Shown: piece by piece, positions 1 to 12,375 of the stretch | How the letters are laid out: every line of letters begins with the position of its first letter | How positions within the stretch are numbered: position 1 is the first letter of the stretch | Source of the DNA: an uncultured Bryobacterales bacterium | GTDB taxonomy: Bacteria; Acidobacteriota; Terriglobia; Bryobacterales; UBA6623 | Reading direction: 5' to 3' | NCBI GenBank assembly: GCA_958295955.1 | Contig: OY282420.1 | Location: forward strand, 4,233,063 to 4,297,062 | Length of the DNA stretch: 64,000 nt | Notes under the pieces: generated by a model | Told to the model about the DNA's origin: nothing | Database searches by the model: none | Seen by the model: the letters and a program-made list of their open reading frames with translations, nothing else | Program-made: the position numbers and the translations under genes

Positions 1-360
1 TTCGCCGTCGGTGACCGGTGAAGAAGAAGCGGGGCCGTGGGTGCGCTGGAACGGCTCGCGACGCGGCCGCGGCGCTTCTCGCCGCCACAGGACTTTACCC
101 GATTCCCGGTCGAGCGCCATCGTCAACAGACTCTCGTTCTCGTACGCCGTGAGGAAGATCGTTGTCTCGCTGAGCGCCGGGGACGAATGGCCGGGGGGCG
201 CGTCGGTTTTCCAGACGAGGTTTTCGTTTACGTCGAAATGCGCCGGCAGCGGGCCGTCCTCGGCGATGCCCATCCCTTGCGGGCCGCGGAATTGCGGCCA
301 TTCGGCGGCTGCCGCCGGCAGCGCGGCCAGGATCGCCGGTAAAAGCAGTCGCAAATCCAT
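1..360 (-). CDS. PQQ-like beta-propeller repeat protein, N-terminal 120 codons (gene runs off the left edge)
   Basis: Absent from the ORF track because it is open at the window edge. The reverse complement of 1-360 reads MDLRLLLPAILAALPAAAAEWPQFRGPQGMG...HSSPALSETTIFLTA...GKVLWRRE...SSSPVTDGE, with the ATG as complement of 358-360. It has a signal peptide and is a clear paralogue of the N-terminus of the 12376-13788 product (EQWSRFRGPNGSG...KSSPVLNERRVFLTS...GKLLWEKS...GSPVTDGE). Confidence 0.7.
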   Translation of the reverse strand, partial: MDLRLLLPAILAALPAAAAEWPQFRGPQGMGIAEDGPLPAHFDVNENLVWKTDAPPGHSSPALSETTIFLTAYENESLLTMALDRESGKVLWRREAPRPRREPFQRTHGPASSSPVTDGE

Positions 361-455
361 GTAAGGAAATCATAGCGCGGACGGCGCATGGGCGTCTCCA
401 AGCGCGCCGGCGCCATGCGGCCGGGCCGCCGGCGGCCCGAACGAGGCGTGATAAA

Positions 456-2477
456 GTGCAGAAGAGCAAACCTTTCGACTCAATGGAACAGATCGGTCGT
501 TACGAGATCGCTTCGGAGCTGGGGCGGGGGGCGATGGGCATTGTTTACCGCGCCCGCGATCCGCGAATCGGCCGCGAAGTGGCGATCAAAACGATCAAGC
601 CGGCCGACCAGGCCGATAGGGACGAGATCGAGGACCTGCGGGAGAGGCTGTTCCGCGAGGCGCAGTCCGCCGGCTGCCTGTCGCACCCCGGCATCGTTAC
701 GATTTTCGATGTCGACGAACAGGACGGGCTTGTTTATATCGCCATGGAACTGGTCGAGGGGCAAACGCTCGACCGTTACGTCTCGACCGCCGGCGATACG
801 GCGCGGAGCCCGGGTTTTGCCGTCGATCTTTTGTTGCAAGTCGGCGATGCGCTTGACTATGCCCACCGCCGGGGGATCGTCCATCGCGACATCAAGCCGT
901 CGAATATCATGATCTCCCCCGACGGCGTGAAGATCATGGATTTCGGGGTCGCCCGCATCGCCTCCTCGCAACTGACCCGCACCGGCGCCGTCATGGGCAC
1001 GCCGAACTATATGTCGCCCGAGCAAGTGAAGGGAGAGGATCTCGACGGCCGGTCGGACCAGTTTTCTCTCGGCGCGATCGGCTACGAGTTGCTGACCGGC
1101 AAGAAACCGTTTCAGGCCTCGAATTTGACGTCGACGATTTTCAAGATCGTCTCGGCGGATCCCGTGCGGCCGCGGCAATTGAATCTGCAAATTTCTGCGC
1201 CCCTCGAGGCGGCCGTGCTGCGGGCTCTGGCCAAAGACCCGGATGGGCGCTTCGCCGTCTGCCGGGAGTTTGCCGAAGCCGCCGCCGCCGCCGTGGAGCG
1301 GATGCGCGCCGGCGGGGAAAACGTCGTTTTGTCCACGGGACTTGCCGGTCTCGGCGAGAGCGACGAAACGATGGGCGCGGCCCCGGCGCAGCAAGACGTT
1401 ACGCAGGCCGACGTCCGGTTGAACGGCGCTCCCGCCGAGCCGCCGCCGGCGAAGCCGCGGACGGCAGAGGAACCCACAGGAAAATCCGCGCCGAAAAAGG
1501 CTGCTCCGATTCTTCCGGAACCCGCCCGAAAAAAGCGCGCCTCGGAACCGCCCCCCGAGCGTGCCGCCGCCGGGACGCTGCGCGGTTTCGAGGAGGAGAA
1601 AAGGCGCCGTTGGCCGTTGGCCATCTTTCTGTTGCTGATTGCGGCGACGGGCGGTTTGGCCTTCGTTCTTTTCAGCAACCCGGCTTTGCTCGACGACCCC
1701 GGCCGATTGCTGCAGGTCGTCCTGGGATCCGCGCCGGATATCGCCGCCGACGAGCCGCCGCCAGCGGCCGGGCCGTTAACGCCGGCGCTTCCGGCGCCGG
1801 CTCCGGAACCGGCGCCGAACGAATCCGCGGCCGCCGATCTCCCCGTACCTGATGCTCTGCCTGCGGTATCTGAAGAAAAATCGTTGCAAAGAAATGACTT
1901 GGCGCAATCCGATTCCGGCGAAGAGCCGACCGCCGAGCCGGACGCGAATGCGGCGGACGCGGCTGCCGAACCCGCTCCCTCCGAGGCCGCCCCTCCTGCT
2001 GCCGAGACGGCGGCGCAGCCGCCCCTCCCGCCTGTTTCTACGCCGCTGCCGGCTTTTGCTCCGGTTACTTTCACGAGCAACGTGGCCGGCGCGGAAATTA
2101 CAGTCGATCACAAAGACGAATGGACCTGTACGGCGCCGTGCGAGCCGATGGATCTGCCCGGGGGCAGGCACACGGCGACAGTCACTCTCGACGGATACCG
2201 CCCGCAGCGGAGGTCTTTCGAGGTAGGCGCGGAACCGCTGGAAATTCCCTTCTCGCTGCAGCCGATACGGGCAACTCTAATGATTACCAGCCGGCCGCCG
2301 GACGGAGATATCTATATCGACGGCCGCAAGACGGGCCGGCAAACTCCCGAGCGGATTGTAGTCCTGCCGGGCCGGCGCGTCGTTCGCGTGGTCAAGGGCG
2401 ATTTATCAGCCGAGCGAACGGTCGAAGCGGCGGGCGACGGCCTGCACGCGCTGAACTTTACGCTGGGGAATCGGTAA
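456..2477 (+). CDS. Hanks-type Ser/Thr protein kinase with Pro/Ala-rich linker, one TM helix and C-terminal PEGA domains
   Basis: Kinase motifs GRGAMGIVY, AIK, HRDIKPSN, DFGVA and SPEQ. TM helix WPLAIFLLLIAATGGLAFVLF. The C-terminal VTFTSNVAGAEITVD... and LMITSRPPDGDIYIDGRKTG segments are PEGA-like. The GTG start at 456 is uncertain; ATG 483 (MEQIGRYEI) is an alternative. Confidence 0.9.
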   Translation: MQKSKPFDSMEQIGRYEIASELGRGAMGIVYRARDPRIGREVAIKTIKPADQADRDEIEDLRERLFREAQSAGCLSHPGIVTIFDVDEQDGLVYIAMELVEGQTLDRYVSTAGDTARSPGFAVDLLLQVGDALDYAHRRGIVHRDIKPSNIMISPDGVKIMDFGVARIASSQLTRTGAVMGTPNYMSPEQVKGEDLDGRSDQFSLGAIGYELLTGKKPFQASNLTSTIFKIVSADPVRPRQLNLQISAPLEAAVLRALAKDPDGRFAVCREFAEAAAAAVERMRAGGENVVLSTGLAGLGESDETMGAAPAQQDVTQADVRLNGAPAEPPPAKPRTAEEPTGKSAPKKAAPILPEPARKKRASEPPPERAAAGTLRGFEEEKRRRWPLAIFLLLIAATGGLAFVLFSNPALLDDPGRLLQVVLGSAPDIAADEPPPAAGPLTPALPAPAPEPAPNESAAADLPVPDALPAVSEEKSLQRNDLAQSDSGEEPTAEPDANAADAAAEPAPSEAAPPAAETAAQPPLPPVSTPLPAFAPVTFTSNVAGAEITVDHKDEWTCTAPCEPMDLPGGRHTATVTLDGYRPQRRSFEVGAEPLEIPFSLQPIRATLMITSRPPDGDIYIDGRKTGRQTPERIVVLPGRRVVRVVKGDLSAERTVEAAGDGLHALNFTLGNR

Positions 2478-2492
2478 CCCGAAACGCAACGG

Positions 2493-5269
<2,777 letters not shown>

Positions 5270-5273
<4 letters not shown>

Positions 5274-6064
5274 ACGAAAAATACGGAGGAGAAAGACCGG
5301 AGAACGCCGGAGCCGCCCCTCTGCCGGCGCTCGAGGCAGGCGCCCGCCCTCACTGGGCGTACCGCGAAATCGCCGTTCTTCCGGTGGTGGCCGCGCTGTC
5401 CCTGCTGGCGGCCGGCCGAACCGCGCTGTATTTCTATATGCGCGCGGCCGGCGACTCGGATTTGCCGTCGGCCGTCGAGGGCATGCAGGGCAACCCCTAC
5501 TGGGCGCTTGCCGTGCAATCGACGGCCTGGATCCCGGTATTGCTCTACATCTACTGGGTCGTCGTGCGCCGCTGCGGACGAAAATTCGCGGCCGGCGTCG
5601 GCTGGCTGCCGCCGGCGCATCCCGCGAAACGCTATCTGGCGGGCGGCGTGTTGCTGGCGGCGAGCGTGATGCTGCTGGCCGCGGTCGTGGGCGTTCCCGA
5701 CGAGTCGTATCCCTTGCTCGAGTTATTCCGGTACCCCGGCGCGCTCTGGTTATTGGCTGCATTCGGCGTGCTGGTTGCGCCGGTTGTCGAGGAAATCGTT
5801 TTCCGCGGATTCTTGTTTGCGGCTCTCGAGCACGTTCACGGCGCCGGCTTTGCCCTGATCGCCACAAGCGCTGCGTTTTCGCTGGTCCACGGCGCGCAAT
5901 ACGGGTGGCAGTGGCAAAATCTGTCGATTCTGTTTTGGGTCGGACTGGCGCTCGGCGCGGTACGCATACGCACGGGATCGACGCAAGCGGCGGCTCTGGC
6001 GCATGCCTCTTATAACGGGCTGCTCTTCGCCGTGCTCCTCGCGGCGCCGGAGCAACTCCGATAG
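5270..6064 (+). CDS. CPBP family intramembrane glutamic endopeptidase (CAAX protease/Abi family)
   Basis: Multi-TM protein with [10 protein letters not shown] and FSLVHG motifs. ATG 5270 overlaps the uvrA TGA (ATGA). Confidence 0.8.
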
Positions 6065-6089
6065 ACTGGAAGCTTGCCTGTTTCCGCTT

Positions 6090-7124
6090 ATGGTGAACAC
6101 AATCGAATGGACCGACGCGGGCGTCGTCATGATCGACCAGACGAAACTGCCCGGCGAAGAAACCTACGTCACTTGCAGGACCTATAACGAGGTCGCGGAC
6201 GCCATCCGCACGATGGTCATTCGAGGCGCTCCGGCCATTGGCTGCGCGGCCGCGATGGGAGTTGCTCTGGGCGTGCAAAAGGCGTCGGACGAAAATATCG
6301 ACGCGCAAGTCGACGACATTTGCGATACGTTGGCGGCGACGCGCCCGACGGCGGTCAATCTGTTCTGGGCCATCGAGCGCATGCGGACGCTGTTCGGCAA
6401 GCTGCGGCGGGAGGGCGCCGCTGCGGCGGCGATTCGGCAGCGTCTGATCGACGAGGCGCAAGAGGTGCTGCGGGACGACATCGCAAGCAACAAGGCGATG
6501 GGACGCAACGGCGCCGCGCTGTTGCCGGCAGGCGGCACGGTGATGACGCACTGCAATGCAGGCGCTCTGGCCACCGGCGGCTACGGCACGGCGCTCGGCG
6601 TGATTCGCGCGGCCGTCGAGAGCGGCAATCGGGTCGCGGTCATGGCCAATGAAACCCGCCCTTTCATGCAGGGCGCCCGGCTCACCGTCTGGGAACTGCA
6701 GCAGGACGATATCCCCGTTACCTTGCTGACCGATAACATGGCCGGCTACGTGATGCGGTGCGGCGAAGTCAATGCCGTCGTGGTCGGGGCGGACCGCATC
6801 GCCGCGAACGGCGACGTGGCGAATAAAATCGGAACCTACTCGATAGCGGTACTGGCCAAAGAGAATGCGATCCCGTTCTATGTCGCCGCGCCGCTCTCGA
6901 CCCTGGACATGAACCTGGAGTCGGGCGACCGCATTCCGATCGAAGAGCGCTCCCCCGACGAGGTCACGGAAATTCGCGGCCGCCGGATCGCGCCCGCGAA
7001 AACGCAGGTAAGAAACCCGGCGTTCGACATCACGCCGAGCGAGTACGTGTCGGCGATTATCACCGAGCGGGGAGTCGCCCGCGCGCCGTATGTCAAGACG
7101 CTGCGCGCGCTGGCCGCGAGATAG
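6090..7124 (+). CDS. mtnA: S-methyl-5-thioribose-1-phosphate isomerase
   Basis: [24 protein letters not shown]...[19 protein letters not shown]...[18 protein letters not shown], typical of the MtnA/eIF-2B family. Start taken at the internal ATG 6090 of ORF 6003-7124. Confidence 0.9.
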   Translation: MVNTIEWTDAGVVMIDQTKLPGEETYVTCRTYNEVADAIRTMVIRGAPAIGCAAAMGVALGVQKASDENIDAQVDDICDTLAATRPTAVNLFWAIERMRTLFGKLRREGAAAAAIRQRLIDEAQEVLRDDIASNKAMGRNGAALLPAGGTVMTHCNAGALATGGYGTALGVIRAAVESGNRVAVMANETRPFMQGARLTVWELQQDDIPVTLLTDNMAGYVMRCGEVNAVVVGADRIAANGDVANKIGTYSIAVLAKENAIPFYVAAPLSTLDMNLESGDRIPIEERSPDEVTEIRGRRIAPAKTQVRNPAFDITPSEYVSAIITERGVARAPYVKTLRALAAR

Positions 7125-7149
7125 CCGCCGGCGGGAAGTCTCTTCGAGA

Positions 7150-7386
7150 ATGAAGTTTTCCGGTCTGTTGATCGAAGCGATTCGCAATGCCGAGATTCCC
7201 TTGCGCTTCGAGCCCGGCGCTGAGGAATCCGTCGCCGAGCCGGTGATCGAGCTCTTGAAGGCGTGGGTGGCGATCCATGACCCCGAGCGGCCGTCCGGCG
7301 ACTTCGAATACGGGCAAAAAGCGCTGGTCGTCAAGCTGCTGGAAGAATTGGACGACCGCATCGACTTGCCGGTGACGGACGCGTGA
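7150..7386 (+). CDS. Small acidic hypothetical protein (78 aa)
   Basis: ORF 7090-7386 with ATG at 7150 (MKFSGLLIEAIRNAEIPLRFEPG...). Codon usage is consistent with its neighbours. No motif recognised. Confidence 0.4.
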   Translation: MKFSGLLIEAIRNAEIPLRFEPGAEESVAEPVIELLKAWVAIHDPERPSGDFEYGQKALVVKLLEELDDRIDLPVTDA

Positions 7387-7409
7387 TAACCTGGAAAACC
7401 GGAGTCCCC

Positions 7410-8714
7410 ATGAAACGTAGATCTTTCGTCGCGGCCGCCTCTGCCGCTGCTGCTTCTTCCGCATTGCCGGCGCAAACCGCGGGCGGCAAGAAAATTCGAT
7501 TGGGCGTGATCGGTTGCGGCAGGCGCGGCCGGAGCAACCTGCGCTCCGTGCTCAAGCTGTCCGACGACATCGAGGTCACGGCCTTGAGCGAGGTTTACAA
7601 GCCGAATCTGGAGTTGACCCTCAAGATGGTCCCCGGCGCGAAAATCTATCCGGACTTTCGCGATCTGATCGCCGACAAGGATATCGACGCAGTACTGATC
7701 GCGACCCCGGACCATTGGCACGCCTACATGACGGTCGAGGCGTGCAAGGCGGGCAAGGACGTCTATATCGAGAAGCCGATCTCCGTCACGATCCACGAGG
7801 GGCAGACGATGGTCAAGGCGGCTCGGAAATACGACCGCGTGGTTCAAGTCGGGACGCAGCAACGCTCGGGCAAGCACTTTCAGGAAGCCGCCGCTATCGT
7901 CCAGAGCGGCAAGCTGGGCACGATCAGCTTCGTCCGCACGTGGAATTATGCCAACCTGTACCCGCAGGGCATCGGCAACCCTCCCGACACCGATCCTCCG
8001 GCGGATCTCGACTGGGACATGTGGCTGGGGCCGGCGGCCGAGCGCCCGTTCAACAAGAACCGTTTCGGCGTGAACCCCTACCAGTACGCGCACTTCCGCT
8101 GGTTCTGGGACTACGCCGGCGGCATGATGACCGACTGGGGCATCCACCTGCTCGATATCGTTTTGATGGCGATGGCGGAACCCGGCCCGCGGGCGGTCTC
8201 GACCTTCGGCGGCAAGTACGCGCTCATCGACAACCGCGAGACGCCGGACACGATCATGGCCTCGTACGAGTTTCCGAATTTCGTCTGTACATACGAGAAC
8301 CGCGTCGCCAACGCCTACGCGGGCGGGCTGCCGAACTATGGCATATTGTTCCACGGCACCGAAGGAACGCTCTACGTCAACCGCCAGTACTGGGAGATTT
8401 CGACCGAAGTCCGGCGCTACCGCGAGCCGCAGCCGCGAGTCGAGCCGCGCATGAGCGCGGCGCGGGGGGACGCGCGGAACCCCTCCACGGACGACCACTG
8501 GCGGGATTTCGTGGCTGCCGTCCGCAAGCGCTCGAAGCCGATCTGCGACATCGAAATCGGCCACAAGTCCACGGCGATGGCCTTGCTGGGCAACGTTTCG
8601 CTGCGCAGCCGCCAGCGCATCGATTGGGACCCGATGGAAGAGACTACCGAAAACAAGGAAGCCCAAACCTACTTGCGGAAGCAATACCGCCCGCCCTGGA
8701 AGCTCGAGCTCTAG
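7410..8714 (+). CDS. Gfo/Idh/MocA family oxidoreductase with twin-arginine signal
   Basis: MKRRSFVAAASAAAASSALPAQT (Tat-like) followed by the Rossmann motif IRLGVIGCGRRG, then DAVLIATPDHWH and EKP. GGAG lies 6 nt upstream of ATG 7410. Confidence 0.85.
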   Translation: MKRRSFVAAASAAAASSALPAQTAGGKKIRLGVIGCGRRGRSNLRSVLKLSDDIEVTALSEVYKPNLELTLKMVPGAKIYPDFRDLIADKDIDAVLIATPDHWHAYMTVEACKAGKDVYIEKPISVTIHEGQTMVKAARKYDRVVQVGTQQRSGKHFQEAAAIVQSGKLGTISFVRTWNYANLYPQGIGNPPDTDPPADLDWDMWLGPAAERPFNKNRFGVNPYQYAHFRWFWDYAGGMMTDWGIHLLDIVLMAMAEPGPRAVSTFGGKYALIDNRETPDTIMASYEFPNFVCTYENRVANAYAGGLPNYGILFHGTEGTLYVNRQYWEISTEVRRYREPQPRVEPRMSAARGDARNPSTDDHWRDFVAAVRKRSKPICDIEIGHKSTAMALLGNVSLRSRQRIDWDPMEETTENKEAQTYLRKQYRPPWKLEL

Positions 8715-8786
8715 GCCGCGCCGCGCCGACGCGGCCGGTGGATAGCAAGACCGCCGCCACCGACAGTAAAATCCGGGGTCGGGGGC

Positions 8787-9395
8787 TTATTTCAAAGAGA
8801 AGGCGGCTTCCGCAACCGTTTTCTCCCAGATCAACCAGAGCTTGCCGCTCGTCTTGGTCATGTTCGTGAACGCGATGGTGAATTGCTCGCAGGACACGGG
8901 CAAGCTGCCGACAGCCATCTTGACGCGCAAGACATCCTTGTCGGCGGTGTACTCGTAGGCGCCCCAAAGCCCTTCGCCCGGAGCCCGGAAGCTGTCTTTG
9001 GCGGCGTGAGTCGAGAAGATCAGCGTCCAATTGTCTTCCTTCAGATCGACGAACATGCTGTATTCGCCCGCCGGCAGGAGCTTATCGCCGAACATGAGGT
9101 CCGCTTCGGTCATGAAGCGAGTCGATTGGTTCGCTCCGGCGCGCCAGACCGGCGCTCCGGCGTTGGCCGCCTTGCCGTAGGAGTCGCCCGCGCCGAAAAT
9201 GCCGCTGCGCCCGCGCAAGATGGGCCGGCCGTAGTCCACGGTAATCCAGTGGCCGCCTACGTATCTGCGCCCTTCGTACTCGCCGCCCAGTTGGACGGCG
9301 GCCTCGCCCCGGGGCGACGCGGGCCGCTGCGCTTCGGCCGCGCCGGCGCCGATCAGGAAAGCGGCGGAAAGCGCCAGGAAGTTCAGAGAACGCAT
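8787..9395 (-). CDS. DUF2911 family secreted protein
   Basis: Signal peptide MRSLNFLALSAAFLIGAGAAEAQ. Body WRAGANQSTRF...LPAGEYSMFV...WTLIFS matches my memory of DUF2911. AAGGAGGAA Shine-Dalgarno lies before ATG (complement 9393-9395). Confidence 0.75.
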   Translation of the reverse strand: MRSLNFLALSAAFLIGAGAAEAQRPASPRGEAAVQLGGEYEGRRYVGGHWITVDYGRPILRGRSGIFGAGDSYGKAANAGAPVWRAGANQSTRFMTEADLMFGDKLLPAGEYSMFVDLKEDNWTLIFSTHAAKDSFRAPGEGLWGAYEYTADKDVLRVKMAVGSLPVSCEQFTIAFTNMTKTSGKLWLIWEKTVAEAAFSLK

Positions 9396-9554
9396 GGGAG
9401 TTCCTCCTTGCTTGGCATGATTCCAGTTCAGGCTATCAGATTTGGCCGCCGCCGCGGTCTGTTTTTCGGTCGAACCGGCGCAGACCTCCCGGTTCGCCCT
9501 CAGCCATTCGAGCAAGGCTGCGCAATCCCTTTCGCGAAATTACGAGCGGGTTCG

Positions 9555-11039
9555 TCAGCGGCCTGCGCGCCGGTCAACCCCGAAATACCGCTGCAGCAAG
9601 TCCTCGGGCTCGGGAGAGCCGAGACGGGAGCCGAGCCCGCAGGCGAGCGCACAGATGCCCAGCGACCAGACGAACGGGTCGAAACCGTAAAAGCTGCGCG
9701 TTCCGAACAGCGCGTATTGGAGCAGGAACGAGGAGAATCCGGCGGCAATGCCCGCCAGGCAGCCGGTGCGGTTCATGCCGGGCCAATAGACCCCGAGGAC
9801 GATCGGCATGAGGAACGTCGCCGCCAGCCCGGTTCCCGAGAAGACGACGATGTATTGCAGATAGTCGGGTGGCCGCAAGGCGAATATCACGGCAACCGCG
9901 GCCACGGCGAAGGTCGCCATATGGGTCAGGCGCCGGGTCGCGCTCTCTTGCAACTTCCGATTTATGTTTCGTTGGTAAAGGTCTCGAACCAAAGCGCTTG
10001 ACGAGACCAAAAGAAACGAGCTGACGGTTGACATGATCGCCGCCAGCGGCGCGGCCAGCACGAATCCGGCCAACAGCGGAGGGACCGCCGCCAGGATCGT
10101 CGCCGGCAAGGCGTGATCCGGAGCGGCCAGATTCGGAACCAGCACGCGCCCCGCGATGCCGACGAAAATAACCGCCGGGTACAGCAGCAGGATATAGCAG
10201 CCGATGAGAAAAGAAGCCCGTCTGAGCGCGGCGGTATCGCGGCAGGCCAGAAAGCGCGTGATCAGCGCAGGCTGGCCGGCGACGGCCAGCGGCCATATGA
10301 AGAAAAACGAGATCGCCGCGGGCAGAGGCAAGAAGTTGTCCGGCCCCGGCCCGGAGAGAAGTTCCGGCGACTGCGCGGCCAAGCCGTCGAACACGCCCGC
10401 GAATCCGCCGGCCTTGCGCAAGGCGAATCCCGCCGTGAGCAGCACTCCGGCCAGCATGACGATTGCCTGGAAGCTGTCCGTCCAGGCGACTGCGCGGAAG
10501 CCGCCGTACGCCGTGTACAGGCAGACCGTCAAGGCCAAGCCTGTCGCCCCCCAGACGTAGGGGACGCCGAGCACGACTTCGAGCACCCGCGCGCCGGCGA
10601 TGTACTGGGCGACGATGAAGCTGGTGTGCAGAACGATCAGGGCGATTCCCGAGATCACGCCGATCGCCCGGCTGTCGAAGCGGTCGCGCAGCAGATCGGA
10701 GAAGGTCAAGGCGGAGGATGTTTGGCCGATTTCGGCGATTCTTCGTCCCAACAGGCCGAAGCCCACGGTCGCCACGACGATGTAGCCGGAAATCCACAGC
10801 ATGACCGACCAGCCGTTGGCGTGCCCCAGCGAGGGAGCGCCGATAAAGGTGCCGCCGCTCGCCGACGTGGCGATCCAGGTGAGACCCAGCACCCAGGAGC
10901 CGAGCGTGCGGCCGCCGACGAAGAATTCTTCGAGGAAGTTCCCGCTCCCCGCCCGTCTGTGAGCCAGATGAGCCAAGGCAAACGTGATCGCCAGATACAG
11001 GCAGAAAGCCGCCCAGACGGTCGAATTCGCCGTGTGCAT
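9555..11039 (-). CDS. Sodium:solute symporter family transporter (PanF-like)
   Basis: 494 aa with about 13 TM helices. N-terminal FLEEFFVGGRTLGSWVLGLTWIATSASGGTFIGAPS is typical of SSF/PanF. It sits immediately downstream of a YhdT-like small membrane gene, as panF does in other bacteria. Confidence 0.85.
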   Translation of the reverse strand: MHTANSTVWAAFCLYLAITFALAHLAHRRAGSGNFLEEFFVGGRTLGSWVLGLTWIATSASGGTFIGAPSLGHANGWSVMLWISGYIVVATVGFGLLGRRIAEIGQTSSALTFSDLLRDRFDSRAIGVISGIALIVLHTSFIVAQYIAGARVLEVVLGVPYVWGATGLALTVCLYTAYGGFRAVAWTDSFQAIVMLAGVLLTAGFALRKAGGFAGVFDGLAAQSPELLSGPGPDNFLPLPAAISFFFIWPLAVAGQPALITRFLACRDTAALRRASFLIGCYILLLYPAVIFVGIAGRVLVPNLAAPDHALPATILAAVPPLLAGFVLAAPLAAIMSTVSSFLLVSSSALVRDLYQRNINRKLQESATRRLTHMATFAVAAVAVIFALRPPDYLQYIVVFSGTGLAATFLMPIVLGVYWPGMNRTGCLAGIAAGFSSFLLQYALFGTRSFYGFDPFVWSLGICALACGLGSRLGSPEPEDLLQRYFGVDRRAGR

Positions 11040-11054
11040 TTTTCCCCCGCCGCC

Positions 11055-11294
11055 TTATCCGCGCCGGCGTCCGAAGTACAAGGAAAACCAGACGTGTACG
11101 AAAAAAAAGACGATCCAGGGCGCGAACACGCCGAGCGCGGTCCAGCGGGGAATGCCCCACAGGCTTGCGGTCGCGGATTCGCCGTAGCCGAGCGCGTACG
11201 ACAGGCCGACGGTCGTTGCCAGCGCCGCCGCCCAGATCAGAACCGCGGCAACCGCCTCGCGGCGGGCATGGCGATAATCGGGAGGACTGCCCAA
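11055..11294 (-). CDS. YhdT-like (DUF997) small membrane protein
   Basis: 79 aa, two TM helices (AVAAVLIWAAALATTVG, ALGVFAPWIVFFFVHVWF). Its position directly upstream of the SSF symporter supports the call. TTG start is uncertain. Confidence 0.55.
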   Translation of the reverse strand: MGSPPDYRHARREAVAAVLIWAAALATTVGLSYALGYGESATASLWGIPRWTALGVFAPWIVFFFVHVWFSLYFGRRRG

Positions 11295-11318
11295 GAAGGA
11301 CTCCGGTCGGGGGGGGGC

Positions 11319-12311
11319 TTACTCGTCGAAGGCCGCGTCGAAGGCGCGTCCCGAGGGCGCGAAGTCCACGTCCTTGGTGAACGCGCAGGCTTCCGCGGCG
11401 CCGGCTTCGCGCTCCATGCCGCTGTCTTCCCACTCGATCGAGAGCGGGCCGTGGTAGCCGATGTGGTTCAACGCGCGGATGATTTCTTCGAAGTCCACGC
11501 CGCCGTGTCCGAGGGAGCGGAAGTCCCAGCCGCGATTCTGATGTCCGAAATTGAGATGCGAGGCCAGAATGCCGCTCTTGCCGTCGAGTTGAAGCGCAGC
11601 ATCTTTCATATGAACATGATAGATGCGATCCTTGAACTCGCGGATGAACATCACCGGATCGACCTGTTGCCAGTGCAGGTGGCTGGGGTCGAAGTTGAAG
11701 CCGAAAGCTTCGCGTCCGCCGACGGCGTCGATCGCGCGTTGGGCCGTGTAGATGTCGAAAGCGATTTCCGTCGGATGCACTTCCAGCGCGAAACGCACGC
11801 CGCATTCGTCGTAAACGTCGAGGATCGGGTGGAACATTTCGGCGAAGTAGGCGAAGCCTTCGTCGATCGTCGCGTCCGACACGGGAGGAAAGCTGTAGAG
11901 CAGATGCCAGATCGACGAGCCGGTAAAGCCGGGCGTCACCTCGAGTCCCAGGTTCTTTGCGGCGCGCGCCGTGTTCTTGAGCGCTTCGACGGCCCAGGCG
12001 CGTTTTTTCTCGGCGTCTCCGGCGCACTCGGGCGGCGCGAAGCCGTCGGAGCGGGAGTCGTCGTTGGGGTCGCAGACCAGTTGTCCTGCGAGGTGGTTCG
12101 AGATGGCGAAAAGCTTTAGGCCGTGCCTGTCGAGGATCGCTTTCTGCCGGGCGCAGTAGTTGCTATCTTGCGCCGCCTGGAAAACGTCCATGTGGTCGCC
12201 CCAACAGGCGAGCTCCAGGCCGTCGTAGCCCCACGAGGCCGCTTTCTCGGCCAGGACTTCGAGGGGTAAATCAGCCCATTGGCCGGTGAACAGGGTGACC
12301 GGTCTTGCCAT
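11319..12311 (-). CDS. Sugar phosphate isomerase/epimerase (xylose-isomerase-like TIM barrel)
   Basis: 330 aa. Contains [31 protein letters not shown] and SIEWED, matching my memory of the AP_endonuc_2/TIM-barrel family. AAGGAG precedes the ATG. Confidence 0.85.
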   Translation of the reverse strand: MARPVTLFTGQWADLPLEVLAEKAASWGYDGLELACWGDHMDVFQAAQDSNYCARQKAILDRHGLKLFAISNHLAGQLVCDPNDDSRSDGFAPPECAGDAEKKRAWAVEALKNTARAAKNLGLEVTPGFTGSSIWHLLYSFPPVSDATIDEGFAYFAEMFHPILDVYDECGVRFALEVHPTEIAFDIYTAQRAIDAVGGREAFGFNFDPSHLHWQQVDPVMFIREFKDRIYHVHMKDAALQLDGKSGILASHLNFGHQNRGWDFRSLGHGGVDFEEIIRALNHIGYHGPLSIEWEDSGMEREAGAAEACAFTKDVDFAPSGRAFDAAFDE

Positions 12312-12375
12312 GAGTATGCTGCTCCTTGCTGCTTCGAAACGTATAGGTTAGCAGAGCGAATGCCGCCCCGCGGGA

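Noticed and set aside
9574-12027. 817-aa minus-strand ORF, with similar long ORFs at 53993-56095 (-), 57671-60049 (-), 20284-21855 (-), 31728-33386 (-) and 33980-35914 (-)
   Set aside because: All overlap convincingly assigned genes in another frame or strand and have Arg-rich, motif-free translations. They are shadow ORFs.
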